A stretch of 64,000 nt of DNA, taken from the NCBI GenBank assembly GCA_016748015.1, contig JAAOMT010000429.1, positions 124,001 to 188,000 of the forward strand. Direction: 5' to 3'. Every line of letters starts with the position of its first letter. The first letter of the stretch is position 1. The notes beneath the pieces were generated by a model. That model searched no databases. It saw only the letters and a program-made list of their open reading frames with translations, and was not told the DNA's origin. The position numbers and the translations under genes are program-made. Positions 25,342 through 38,975 of this stretch are shown here, one piece after another. The stretch comes from Geosiphon pyriformis uo1. Taxonomy: Eukaryota; Fungi; Glomeromycota.

Positions 25342-25358
25342 CCTCACAGGGAGCACCA
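25342..25358 (-). promoter_or_regulatory. PBS of B (TGGTGCTCCCTGTGAGG)
   Basis: Begins 2 nt after the LTR CA; shared with A, D, E and F. Confidence 0.85.
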
Positions 25359-25360
25359 AA

Positions 25361-26287
25361 TGTTACAGGTGAGTCTTTGGGGTGTCAAGTGAGTAACAAA
25401 CCCATAATTTGGTGTGCAAAGCAATTGGTGACGATAATAATCTGAAGATATTTTATCTGAAGGTTTTCCAATCAAGTTTTTTGTATAATGAACAGAGATT
25501 CAATAATAACAGTTTATTAGTAGTTTTTAGAAACTGTAGTTTTGTCAATTGCTTGCTCAGTTTGATGGTTGATAATTCTTCTGGTATAATATCCTTTGTA
25601 AGTGTATACCAGTGCTGTTTTCTGATGTTAGTTTCTCCATAAGTCCTCCAAGAGTAAGTATTGTTTAAGCAAGTTTATTCCTCTGTAAGTCCTCCAAGAA
25701 TAAGTATTTTTTAAGTAAGTTTTATTTCTTCATAAGTTCTTCAAAAATAAATTCTTTAATCAAGTTAGTAGACAACAAAAAAAATAAAGAAAGATAAAAG
25801 AAAAAATAAGAAATAAGCCAAGGCAATTTGCAAGTTAGTATTCCGTCAATAGCCATGATTAAGAGCTATTGTTCCTGTATGGTTAAGTATCAGTTATTAT
25901 CAACATGAAGTGTTGATAGTGAAGAATAAATTTGATATAGTAAATAATTATTTATTTAAGGATTGTGGTAACTCAGCTAAGAATTTCTAGTGTTAATTCT
26001 GTCTTTTCTGCTTCTAACGCTACTGCTATATATACATATTTGAAATTCCTCAATTTCTCAATTCTTTGCAACAGGAATCCTAGAATTCCTAGAATCCTGC
26101 GATTTCTGATAAGAGGAATCCTAGAATTCTGGAATCCTGCAATTCTTTGTCAGAGAATTCTGAAATTCCTGGAATTCTGCAATTTTTCTGAGAAAAATCT
26201 TGGAATTCCACATTTACCACGTCTACATCTGATTGGCTAATCTCTACTGACTAATAATACTATATTTCTTATATTCTATAAGTAACA
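25361..26287 (-). repeat. 5' LTR of B
   Basis: Direct repeat of 12739-13665; adjacent PBS. Confidence 0.95.
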
Positions 26288-26500
26288 CCAGGAATTTTGG
26301 AATTTCTAGAATTCTGTAATTCCTTTAAAAAGAATTCTGGAATTCTAAAATTCTGTAATTTCTTATACAAAAATCCTAAAATTTCTGGAATTCTGCAATT
26401 CCTCTAAGAGAAATCTTGGAATTTCACTTTTACTATGTTTATTTTGATTGAATAATTTATGTACTAATACTTAATTCTTATATTCTATGAGTAACAACAG

Positions 26501-29500
26501 TGATTATTTTGAGAGATTCAAATCACAATCCTTAATGCCATCAAGAATTCAATTACTACTACCACAATTAGATTTCAGAATCATTAGTCTTTAAAAGATA
26601 ACTGATTCTGAGAAAGAAGAAAATAATAATCAAGAAAACAATAAGAAAAATCTAATTTTAGAAAATCTAAAAATTGAGATCCTGAATATTCAAACTCCAC
26701 AAAATCAGAATAATCCAAACCCCAATATTAATAATCAACAAAACTTACCTCTGATAATTATTATCAATTAGCCACTGATTGAATCAATTGCTAAACTGAT
26801 TTAATAGCCATAAGTACCATCTTAGCAACAATCACAACAACTACTTTAACCATTATCACACTCATAATAGCTGTCATTTGTAGCTCCAATGGCATATGCT
26901 CCAATTGTAAAAATTGAAAAATTTACCAGCAAAGAGGATAACACCCAAATGTGGCTAAACAATATTGAAAAAGCTATTGCAGTTAATGAATAAAATGACA
27001 CTAAAACCATGCAAGCCATTTCATACTTTTTGTAAGATACTACTAACTCATAATATCAAAGCTTAATTAACAAACTCCAAGACTTCAATGCATTCAAGCT
27101 TAAGTTTTTACAATACTTTAGTAACAATAATAGTATTAACTAACTGGCAAATATCTTGACTACTATCAAACAAGAAGAAAATGAAGCAGTTACTACCTAC
27201 CTAAGATGCTTTTATAAGAATCTGTGTCAAATTCAGACAATCTAAGCCAATTATTTCACAGTGCCACAAATTCTAAATTAATTTATCAAAGGCCTATACA
27301 GTAGCATTCTTTAACATGTACATCTATTACATTCAGCAGACTTTCAGACTGCAGTCACAAACACCAAAGATTTTGAAGCAGCTGAACTTGAAGCTAATCA
27401 TGTCCAAGCTGTAAATCTAGTAATGAACAGATTATCTGACTTGGATTCTAAATTAAAACAATTTAGTAACACAATCAACCAGAAATTAGAGGGATACTTA
27501 GCTAACAATAATAGCAATTAGGCCATCTATCAAATCTCACAATGGCAAAATAATTAAGGAAACTTTAATCGTCCCCAAAATTAATCACATTTATTATCCT
27601 TAACTAATCAACAGTGATAACAGAAAATGCATGTGTGTTACTATTATGGTAAACAAAAACATCTGCAATTTAAATGTCATAAATAGTTAAGTGATCAATG
27701 ATCAGATAATCAGTATCAAAACTCTGATCACCAACTCCAAATGCAGAATTACATCAGTAATCAATCACAAAATATTACCAACATCAACCATATTATGCTC
27801 AAGTGACTCAGCCAATATATCAAGCACTAATGTCACAGCAATTATACTCATCTTCAATATATTAATCAGCAACACCCATAATATATTAATCACTATAGTC
27901 ATAACTAGTTTATCAATCTCAACCCATTTAAACACTACTATAAATAACTATGCCCAATGGAAATTAAAGGCTGAGAACCATTCAACAAAATTAGAGATCA
28001 GTAATGGTTGTTTATTAACCAATCTTCAGCATATTTCAACAACTCTCAGAATTACATTCAAGAAATTCAGGAACTAAGTACACCCAAAATCTGAGTTCCC
28101 AGAACTATTTAAGTTTCCTAGTTACCCCAAAAAACACTTCACCTAATGACTTAGAAACAAACCAGAAACCACTTACCAGCAACATTTCACTAGCAATTGT
28201 CACCAATAATGAGTCATTAGCAGCAATTTTTCCTTTCGAGATTGAGGAACCAATCAAAGTACCTCTTTTTAGTGAAGCCACTTTTGATGTGAAGTCTATT
28301 ACTACAATGTACATAAATGCCAAAGTAGATGATCAGTTCATCAAACTAATTTTTGACAGTAGATCAGCAGACAGCATTATCACACAACAACTCATAGACC
28401 AATTAGGTCGCTAAGTTGATTATGCTGCCAGCACTAAAATTATTACAGCTAATAGAGCCACAAAAACTCTTATTGGTAAGATTAATGACTTCTTCTTTGA
28501 AGTCAATGGCATTATTATACCAATCAAAGTCTTAGTAATAGAAGCCACTCAGTACCAAGCTCTTATTGGTAATGACTGGCTAGTTAAAACCAATGTTGTA
28601 CTTGACTGGACAATGCAAGAGCTCTAGCTCAGCCAGAACAGTCACCATACACAAATACCAACAACCTGCAGACATTCAAGCCAACCACTGCATTATCACT
28701 AATTACATTCGAAAAAGAAAAGAAAAAACCCACCTGAGAAGCTTACCAAATTTCTTGGGTTAATAATGACCACAATGAGCTATTACCAATTCTAACTTGA
28801 GATGACAAAAGAAAAGGAAAAAAAAAAGACAAACCCAAAGAAATCATGGCCACTGAGGAGATAACAGGTAACTGAGAAAAATCATACTTACACAAATCTA
28901 TAAAAAAGCCATTTTACATACCACTCAAATACAAAGATTACAAGAAAAAGCTGTTCTCTATGAGAGCATGGATCATATCTGACAAAGACTATTAGACCTG
29001 TATCCACTACTATTGCAAACCATGCCACTGAAAATGCTATAAGTACCCCAAATAACAAGACAAGTAAGACAATAAATCATATTTCACTTGTGGGAAACAG
29101 TTACTTAACAAAAAAATGTAATAACATTCCTGATCAAGGAGGAACATATGACATCTTATGTCAATACACAATCCTCATTAGTGACTGAATCAGTCATAGA
29201 ACACCTTTCAATACTGCATGAAACTGTGCTTTGACATGTTTAGATGACTACTCACATAACAAAGACGAAATCTGGAGAATGGTAAGTGCCAAAGTTGAAG
29301 ATGCTTTACTTAGTAAAATATTGAAAATTAAGAATAACTCATTAAAACCAGTCAAAACTTTTTTTATTACTAACCCAAACACTTTTCTTGATATCAAAAC
29401 CAGTCCAGAAGAGTTTTATGAACATTATCAGAACTTAACACCTATCCAAAAAGAGCAAAAACAGCAGTTAGAACAACTAAATGCCAGACTGTACAAATAT

Positions 29501-31998
29501 TGCCTAATTTCCAGTGACTTTGAATATTGTGATGATTGTGATATTGTTTACAATCTACCACCATACATAATTTACACAATTCCAGAAGAACACAAACCAA
29601 TCAGCAGCTGCACATTAGAATTAGAATCAATGTTTAATTCCAATTCAAACTCCAATAACAACAATGATGATAATAATGATTCCAGCTCTGTTCAAAATAA
29701 TAATAATAACAATTCAAACTCAGATTTAAACATAGAACAATATATTACACTCTCTGATCTTACCAAAGAGCAAGAACTGAAGTGGTTTAGTGATAATAAT
29801 GAAGGTATTATGCCAAAACACACACATGATACTAATGCAGGGTTTGATCTAAAATACCCAGGAAAAAAAGCTATTAAATTGGAATCACATTCATGCACCT
29901 GTATTGATCTAAAAGTAGCACTGAAGATTTCAGTGACGACAATGGTTCAATTCACATCCAGGAATAATTTAGTGAAAAAAAGGATTAACATCAGAGAAGA
30001 AATAATTAATACAGGATATATAGGAAATATTATTGCAATATTACAAAACAATTCAGAAAAAATCTATATCATAGAGCCAAATGAAAAAATAGCACAGGCA
30101 ATATTCCTGCCTCTGGTTAAAATAGCTCAATTAGTGTTAGTAAAAAAAAGAGAAAAATTAGGAATTACAACTAGAGAAATACAAAAATTCAAATTCACAG
30201 GTAGAATAAATATACCAGTTAATATAACAGAAAAAAAAGTTATTTCTATCCGTCAATCAATTTTTATCTTATCATATAACCAGTACATATTAGCCATAAA
30301 AAAGAATGTAAAGAATCAAGCTCAGATTTTTGAAGTGGAAACTACAATTTGTAAATTAGAAAAGATTGGACTCACCAATTTTTACATACCAGCCAAAAGC
30401 CTGAAGCACATAAAAATTTCCATCCATAATACAACTGAAGATGTTTTCGAAATACCAAAAGAAACTACCATTGAATATCTAAGCACTGAAGTTGAGAACC
30501 AACTGCCAAACACCATTCCAGATTTTCTACAACTGTACAGATATGTAGATATTACATCTCAAACAATTTATGAACAGAACAAATGTTATTTGTTCCAACC
30601 AAAACAATTAGAACAGATGAACTTAAGAAATCTAGACCTATTTTAACATATGCAGATTAAAATATTACTTAACAACTTCAATAAGTGAAAATGAATTTAG
30701 TAAAACTGACATAATCTAGCATTAAATAAAGACTGAAGATGCAATGCCAATCAAACAAAAAGCATATAAGATATCATCAGCCAGCCATAAAATTATTTGA
30801 CAAGAAATCAATCAAATGCTGGACAATAGACTAATACAACCATTAATGAGTTCATAGTTATCACCAGTAGTACTGGTCCAAAAGAAGAATAGGAAGATCT
30901 GGTTTTGTGTAGATTACAAAAAACTCAATAGAGTTACACATAGAAACAGTTATTTGGATCCAAAAACTATTCGATGCTTTTGGAAGGAAAAAATAATTCT
31001 TAACACTAGATTTAGACAGCAGTTACTGGCAAGTAGCCATGAATTCAGCTGACAAAAAGAAGATGGTATTTATTACTAGAGAAGAAAATTTTGAATTTGA
31101 AGTAATATCATTTGGCTTGATGAATGCTTCAGCCATATTTCAATAACTAATAAAAATTATTTATATAGGATTGCTATAAAAATCAATAATAATCTACTTG
31201 AACAACACCAATGTATTTTCAAAAACATTTAATGATCATTTATATTATCTTTAGCAAGTGTTTGAAAGATTAAGAAAAGCTAGACTGAAGTTAAATGCTA
31301 CTAAGTGCTTCTTTGGCAAAACAGAATTAAAATTCTTGAAATATGTTATAAGCAAAGACAGCATCAAAATAGATTCAGACAAGATTGAAATAGTCAAAAA
31401 CTTTTTAATACCAACTAATTTAACCAAACTACAAGCATTCTTGAGATTTGTTAAATACTATCACCACTTTATCAAAGATTTTTCCAAACTGGCTCAACCA
31501 TTACACCAGCTCTAAACAAAAAACACCAAGTATAAATGAAAGAAAAACCAGCAAGAAGCTTTCAACATATTAAGAAGAAAGCTGATTCAAGCTCCAGTAC
31601 TAATTTATCCAGATTATAGCAAGCCATTCATTATCATTACCAATACATCAGGTCAAGCATTGGAAGCAGTATTATTGCAAAGAGGACTAGATGGAAGAGA
31701 ACATCTAGTAGTATACACCAGCTCAAATTTGAGTCACAGCAAAAAAGAATTATAGAACACCAGCACTAGAATACTTAGTTATCTATTGGACTGTCATCAA
31801 ATGGAAAGAATACTTAAGCCAAAAGTTTGAAGTATACATTAATTACAAAGGATTGACTTCAATTCAAAAACAAGAATTTAGAGACAATTACTATGCTAAA
31901 TAGAAAATAAAACTTTCACTATTTAATTATACAGTACATTACAAAAAGAAAAAAAAAATGGAAATGCTGATGGTTTGTCGTGAATGAAACAAATCTAA
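26501..31998 (+). pseudogene. D gag-PR-Cys-rich-dUTPase-RT-RNase H (disrupted)
   Basis: Capsid ~26890-27500; decayed PR LIFDSRS at ~28345; ORF 29231-30646 with dUTPase (HDTNAGFDLKY, INTGYIG, EKIAQAIF); RT 30650-31515; RNase H ends MKQI* at 31996-31998. Confidence 0.9.
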
Positions 31999-32028
31999 GA
32001 ACATTCCAATCCAAAAATATAACAAAAG

Positions 32029-33409
32029 ATGAACACACAAAAATATTAACAACTTCAACATTTTATAAATACTCAATAGTTCAAAAAAAAATTATCTCCA
32101 AAGAAATGAAACCATATCAAACAACAGTCCAAATATTTTATCACTCACCAAAATATATTTTATCAGAAAAACAGAAAAAATTCAGATCAACTAACCAGAG
32201 TAATTACAGAACCAGAGAAAGAAACAATATTATTTAACATGTACTCTAATCTAACAGCAGGACATTTTCACAAAAAAGTAATCATAGAAAGAACCAAAAA
32301 AGATAATATTGGCCAATAATGTATCCAAACATCATTCAATATATCTAAAATTGTGATACTTGTTAGAGAAGAGGAGAAACAAAACCAAGCAAACCATTAA
32401 GACCAATCAAAATAAGACAACCATTTGATTACATTGAAATTGACTTAGTTAGACCATTAACAATAACCAGCAGAGGAAACAGATATATTGCAATAGCCAT
32501 GAATTATTTTACTAAATAGCCAGAAGCAAAAGCCATTCAAAGAACAGATGCAGAATCTGTTGCCAAATTTGTTTATCAAGATCTAATTTGTCAACATGGA
32601 TGTCCAAAAAAACTATTATCAGATCAAGGAATTTATTTTGTGAATAGAATATTAGCAAAATTGAGTCAAAGATTTGGAATAAAAAGACTATTATTATCAT
32701 TATATCATTTATAAACCAACAGCTTAGTTGAAAGATTCAATAGAATATTGTGTAAAGCAATTGTTAAAATTAGCCAAAAAAATCAAGATGAATGAGATTT
32801 GTTTATACCATCAGTATTATTCACTTATTAAACAATAAAGCAAGACACCATACAAGCAGCATTATTTGAATTAGTATATGGTAAAAAAGCAATATTATCA
32901 ATTGAAATAGAAGTTAACACATATCCAACAGAACCAATAACCAAAGATGATCTTCAAGAAATGTTGCTAAGAAGAACATATGACTTGATAAAAACTCTAG
33001 AAAACAAATGGCAAAGAGCAGCTAATAATATCCAGAAGTCACAAGAGAAACAAAAAAAAAGACATGATAACCAACTACTAGATAAACTAGTTGAATTCAA
33101 AATTAAAGACAAAGTACTCTTATATTATACCAAAATGAAAAAACAATGGAGTGGAAAATTTGACCCCAAATAGAATGGACCATTTTACATAAAAAAATTC
33201 TTGGAAATAGAGCTTACAAATTAAGATGAAACAACAAAATTTTAGCCAAAGCAGCACATAGTAATCAACTAAAACCATATTACCATATAGTATTATCATC
33301 TACCAATAATATTCCACAACTGGGAGTATAATGAATACTAATCCAACCAAATAAGATTCCATGAGATCTGGAACCAATTATAATCATTGAACCAAACATG
33401 TCAAATTAA
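32029..33409 (+). pseudogene. D integrase (separate ORF)
   Basis: aaagATGaac at 32029; colinear with the B integrase; many transition-derived stops. Confidence 0.85.
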
Positions 33410-33433
33410 ACAACCAAAAGAGTATATAAAAAC

Positions 33434-34091
33434 ATGGTATACATGACAAAAGATATCAGAAAATAGAAATTACCAACAATATACACACATTGGCACAACA
33501 GTTTTTCCAACTGATTCAACAACAGAATATGAAAATTACCATTAATCAACAAATCATTCGATATAAAAATACAAAGAAAAGATTTCAACACAAAGACAAA
33601 AAAAACCAGAAAACATTGTTGACAAGATAATAACAAAAGTAAAAATGGCAATCAAAATACAAACAGAAGGTGTATCATATACAAAGTTAATGATAGAAAT
33701 GTGGAATTAGTGAATACAACAATTTTCAAAAAACTTTTGTTATTACCACTTGGGACAATATCTGAATATTCAGAACTTATATATGAATAAAACAAAGTAA
33801 TTATTCAATCCAAAAATATTACAACAACTTGAACAATTTGTGAGAAAAAACTATTTAACTACACAAGCATGAGCTATCTATTGATTGCAAATTGGATTTC
33901 AAGACCAACCAGAAATCTTACTCAATCCAATAATAGACTTTATTATCATTAACCAAATAAGAAAAATAACCAATGCCTAATTTGAAAAATTACAAAACAA
34001 GATAACACAAGTAATTCTTAAAAAAAAAGTTCAAGAAATACTCAAAGACAGAGAATTAAAATTAGAAGATCTCAATGGAGCTCAATATTAA
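33434..34091 (+). pseudogene. D ORF3, unknown accessory protein
   Basis: aaacATGgta at 33434; colinear with B ORF3; ends AQY*. Confidence 0.65.
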
Positions 34092-34105
34092 AAAAGAGGA
34101 AATAA

Positions 34106-34973
34106 TATTATTTATAGAATATAGAAAGTATATTAGCATATAAATTAGCCAATCAGAAGTAGCTGTAGTAAATATGATTTCCAAGATTCTTCTTAGAGAA
34201 ATTGCAAAATTACAGAAATTTCAGGATTCTTATACAAAGAATGGCAGGATTCTAGAATTCCAGGATTCCTCTCAAAAGAATTGTAAGATTTCAGGAATTC
34301 CAAGATTTCTGAAGTGAAGAATTAAGGAATTAAGAAATCTTAATTATTTATATATAGCAGTAGTATTAAAAGTAAAAAAACAGACCTCTCAGTTTAAATT
34401 TAATCTAAGCAACCTTCTATCTCACAAATATCAATAAATAATTATTCATTATTTCAAATCCACTGTTCACTATCAACTTTTCATGTTGATAGTATTAAAT
34501 ACTTGATTATGCTGGAACAATAGGTCTTGTTTATAGCTATTGATAGGATATTAACATTAATTGTCTTGGCTTATTTTTCTTTATTCTCTTTTATTCTTCT
34601 TTCTTTTATTTTTTGTTCTTTTTTGTTGTCAACTAATTTGATTAAGGATAAAGCACTGAGTTATTGACGTCAAAAATAGCCTGGTAAAAGATCCCAAAGA
34701 AAGGGTATAAAGTTTGATAATTGAAAGATAGCTTACCAGAAAGGCATTTTTGCCAAATTACCAGCCATCACACTAAGAAAAAAATTTGACAGAATTGCAA
34801 TTTTGGGAGGCTACTGAAACACTATTGACTTTCTGTCTATTATACAAAAAACTTTAATCCAAACTTTCAGATCACAAAAAAAAAACCTTCAGAAACCAAC
34901 ATTGTTATATTAATTAAGCACCAAGTTATGGGTTTGTTATTTGTGTTGAGACTCCAAATAAGCATCAATAATA
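34106..34973 (+). repeat. 3' LTR of D
   Basis: Direct repeat of 10555-11423, preceded by the PPT. Confidence 0.9.
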
Positions 34974-34977
34974 CTGG

Positions 34978-36860
34978 TCAAAAGTGATATGTGCTGGAGT
35001 TTCCATAAGATTTTTTACAACAGAATAGAGTCCAGATTTTTGTACAATTTCTGGGAATTCCAACTTTGGAGAATTCTTAAAAACTTTAGCTTTTGGTGGC
35101 TCATTATTATCAGCAGTGAAAATTGAGGCTTTGTTGGGATCTAGAACAAAATCAACCTTGGCTTTCTTCTTCTTTCTTGTTGAGTCAGAAGTATTAATTG
35201 TTAGTTCATTTATATTATGGTCATCATCAGTTAAGTTTAAGACAAAAAAAGAGTTTTCTTCTGGTTGGCTTGCACTCTCACTCTTTGAAAGTGTGTCTAC
35301 CAGTTTAAAAACTAATAAACAATAGCTTCAATTAGAGAATTCTTTCCAAAGAAATTAATATTGGCATGATTAAATCTTTGATTGGGGATATTATTGTTGA
35401 TAATTCTGTTGTTTTGATTATTATTGTTTCTAGGAGCTAAAGATGGCAAAGAAAGATTATTGCAATTTCTTGAAAAATGTCCGATTAATCTATAGTAGTA
35501 GCACACAAGTGGGCCACAATTTTGTTATCTTTGGTAAGAAAGCTGCTGAGGCTAATTAAAACGTAGTTCAAATCTAAGTCTTTGTGGTTGCTGGTTGTTT
35601 TTGACTGCTTGGGCTAATAGTTCTAATAGCTGAGCAAAATTTGCTGTAAGTCTATCTATCAACTATTTATTTGGGTCTTGAATTTGGGTGGCAAAAAAGA
35701 TAGCAGTCATTTATGGATCAAGAGCCATAATAGAAGCAGAAACAAAAACTGGAAGAGTGGATCCCAGATGTATCCTTTGGTTATCTTCTATTTTTTGGAC
35801 AAGTTCAATAGCCATATCTATTGTGGAATTATCTTTTAAGACCAGGAGGGGCCAAAGAGCATATGACAAATCTGTTCTTAATTTTTTTGTAAAAGAATGA
35901 ATCTTTTGCTCTTCTGTTCAGTTTTTTTTAGAGTTTACTCTTTTAATTAACTTTCTTATGGCCTTGGTATATTCAGTTACCACTTTACCAGAATCTTGGG
36001 TTTTCTTTTTAGTTCTATGTGCTATTTAGAGATTAGGATAAGAGTTCTAAATTTAGTTTCAAATTGGGTTGTAAAAGAGATGTTTTCTTCTTCAACATTT
36101 GTTGATGCCCATCTAATGATTCTTTGGTGAGCACCAGCATTAGTTTTTTATGAAAACCAAGTAGCAGAAGAGCCTTGGAGGTAGCCACCAACAATTTAGA
36201 ACTTGTATTTAGCATTATATTGGTTGGTAATAGCTGCTCTTTTAGAATTGTTCAACCATTCAATTGAATCTTGTGTATTGCCTCTAAATATGGGTAGTGG
36301 AGTGTTGTTTTTTTGTCTCAAAGCAGTTTGTATACCTTGGAGGACAGTTAAAATATTTGTTTACATGAAGTCATTAGCCATTGGTTCAGAAGTAACTGTT
36401 TGTGTAGAATGTTCTAATTCTTTTAAGAAGAAATCAAAAACAGAAGCAGTTTAGTAGCTTTTTTTTTTTGTTTTAAGAGGAGTTTCAACTAATTAATAGG
36501 CAGCAATCTAAATGTGGATTTGATGATTCAAATATTTGAAATCAGGGGGCTGTTGTTCAAAGATTGTTAAGTATAAAAGTTAATTAATGCTGTTGTTTCT
36601 TTTTTCAAAGTTGTTTTTAAGATAAGCTTGGTCAAAGTAGTAAATTGTATAGGCTGTGTAGGTTTCAACTGAATGCTTATTTAAGAACCAGTTTCAAAAA
36701 TCTTGGAATTGTCTACTGGATTGTTCTTTAATGAGAAAGCAAATCAAGTAGAAGGGCAAAGAATTGAGTTTAATAAAGTCTAAATCGTTTTTGTTGTGTG
36801 CTTTAAAGTGTTTTTTTGATTGTTGTAACAGGTATAAATAATCACCCATACAATAAAAAA
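34978..36860 (-). pseudogene. E gag (disrupted)
   Basis: Follows the PBS at 36878-36894; capsid-like PLPIFRGNTQDSIEWLNN; decayed zinc knuckle CYYYRLIGHFSRNC at ~35460-35505. Confidence 0.75.
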
Positions 36861-38133
36861 CAAGTAGATTTTAACAACTTTACAGGAAGCACCACTTTTA
36901 TGTTACAGGTTGAAATAACAAACTAACAGATAGCAAAGGAGAACAAGATTATAAAATGATGAAAAGAATTAAAGAGAATTCAACTTCAAAGAGCAAATTG
37001 AATAAGTATGGATTCAATGTGTGAAATCAGTCTTATAAAATATTTCAGTTGCTATACTTTTCAAAAGATAACCAGGGAATCTGAAAGTAGAGGGATAGTC
37101 CGTACTGTCAACAAATGATCACACACTGGTATAATTCTATGTTTCATGTTAGTACTTTTAGAATTCAATATCAGATATCAAATGTACTTTTCAGTGTTAC
37201 CAGAGGTTTTTGGTCTCTTTTTTTGAATGTTGTAACTGTCTGTTGGTTGCAAATTCACATTTTCTAGAAGTAGTTGAACCTCTAGTAACTGAATTTATCT
37301 TCAAATTATTTCCTATAATTTGAACTGCTGGGCTTATAAGTAGAATGGCCAATTCCATGCCAGTTGCTTTGTGTAGTTATGTTGTAGTAAACGTCAACTC
37401 TTTCCCAGAAATTGCTCATCTAGAAGCTCACTAAAATGTGTAGTTACTTTGTTGTAAAAGTCAACTCTCCTACAGGAATCTTGTCTGTAGGCTACTCTAA
37501 TGATTGTAATAAAAAAATAAAAAAAAAATAAAAAAAATGTAAAAGAAATAGAATTTTATCAAGGAAAACGTTTTTCTATCTAGGCCTAGAGTTACTAACA
37601 GTTTACTGAAATTGGTAGCTAATCAATTTCAAAATGTTAGTTGGGTTTTAAGGATTTTCCAAGTGTAATAATTAAAGAATTTGGTTTTTTTGAATTATTT
37701 GATTTTTATTTTTTTTTGTGTGTGTAGGAATGGTTCTAAGTGATAAATTTAAAGTAAGATACATTTTCTCGAAGAGAAAAGCTCTTCTTTTATACAACTT
37801 GTCATAACACTATTCTATAAACTTGAACTTTGCTCTTTTCTATAATTTTGCTGAATTGAAGATACATTTCGGCAAACTACAAGTTAATTCTGCAAACTAT
37901 TAGATATTTCAGTGAATTATCAATTATTTTGGTGAATTTCTACAAATTTCAGCAAACTTTTGAATGTTACATATTTCGGGGTATTGTATGATTGATCATC
38001 GCAATTAGGTTACATCTGTGTTATGTACAAATTGGGTTATTAATTAAATGATAATTTTGGACATTTTGCTAATATAATAAGTGATAATTTAAAACAATAA
38101 TATATGCTAATTAATGATAAAGATAATTTCATG

Positions 38134-38853
38134 CTAAATAATATTTCTAATTTTGTCTGGTAACATAACCTCCTCCTTAAAACTGAGCTCCATCGAAGTC
38201 CAAGTACTGTCTATAATTTTCAGATAATAATCCAAAATTATTGAAGAAATTTGGTCTGAAAATTGTTGAAATTTCAGTTTAGTAAGCTTTCCAATATACT
38301 GAATCTTCAAAGGCTGTAAAATTGGGTTTTGTAGGACGTTTTCACAGGTATAAAATAGGTTATAAAGTCTAAGAGCAGCTCTTAGTTTATAATGACTGTT
38401 TGTAGGTCCAGCTGTTGTCTTGAATTCATTGTGGAGTTGTTTCTGAATAGCTTCTTTTGTGAGGTTTGCTGCTGTAAGCTCCCATTTTTGTTTGTAAAGT
38501 GTTTTTCCAATGTAGAAATATTTATATATTGGAGTATAGTTGTAGTTTTCTTTATTAAGACACAGTTGAAGTTTTTGTTGAATAGTAGCATTTGGTGGAA
38601 TACTAATAGAAGTGAGCATTAAGTTTTCTCTTAAAGCAAGCTTTAAAAGTTCTGGCAGGTGAATTCCAGAATAACTTCTTGTGTTCTTCTTATACAGGTG
38701 ATATTTTCGTGCATTTGGGGCTAAATTTGTAACTACTTCTATTTGGGTATAATTAATGTGGTTTCCAGTAACAGTAATGGATAATTCGGGTATTGTTTTT
38801 AAAGCTAACATTAGTTTTTGGAATAATTGTTGAATGTTTTGAGAAATAGTCAT
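38134..38853 (-). CDS. G ORF3, intact 239-aa protein of unknown function
   Basis: Open ATG-to-stop frame downstream of integrase that runs through the PPT into the 3' LTR; homologue in I from 63387. Confidence 0.75.
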   Translation of the reverse strand: MTISQNIQQLFQKLMLALKTIPELSITVTGNHINYTQIEVVTNLAPNARKYHLYKKNTRSYSGIHLPELLKLALRENLMLTSISIPPNATIQQKLQLCLNKENYNYTPIYKYFYIGKTLYKQKWELTAANLTKEAIQKQLHNEFKTTAGPTNSHYKLRAALRLYNLFYTCENVLQNPILQPLKIQYIGKLTKLKFQQFSDQISSIILDYYLKIIDSTWTSMELSFKEEVMLPDKIRNII

Positions 38854-38975
38854 TATAAAAGATTTGAAAATAAAGAAAAATTATTTTTGGTGTATGGGTT
38901 TTTATGTTATTTTTGTTTTGTTTTTGTGAGATTGTTTCTAAATTATAAGGAGATAACTATAATAATAAATTTAAA

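Larger units (their letters stand above)
12739..26287 (-). mobile_element. Element B: family-1 Ty3/Gypsy element with an internal deletion, hosting F and H
   Basis: 927-bp LTRs at 12739-13665 and 25361-26287; perfect TSD CCAG; PBS 25342-25358; PPT aaaaggagagaa at ~13669-13680. Confidence 0.95.
12025..26496 (-). mobile_element. Solo LTR C (family 1), split by B into 12025-12738 and 26292-26496
   Basis: Perfect TSD ACAG at 12021-12024 and 26497-26500; the two halves join into one LTR. Confidence 0.9.
10555..34973 (+). mobile_element. Element D: full-length family-1 dUTPase Ty3/Gypsy element, interrupted by C (and B, F, H)
   Basis: Paired LTRs 10555-11423 and 34106-34973, PBS ~11426, PPT ~34090-34102, TSD ctaa/ctgg. 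Gag re-joins as AELLRIYS|DYFERFKSQS across 12024/26501. Confidence 0.9.

Noticed and set aside
25342-25358. tRNA gene
   Set aside because: Only 17-18 nt match a tRNA 3' end including CCA, next to an LTR; this is a PBS.
29231-30646. Host dut gene
   Set aside because: It is embedded in-frame between PR and RT of element D, with decayed motifs.
38134-38853. env gene (errantivirus-like)
   Set aside because: No signal peptide, furin site or transmembrane segment, and it is too short.
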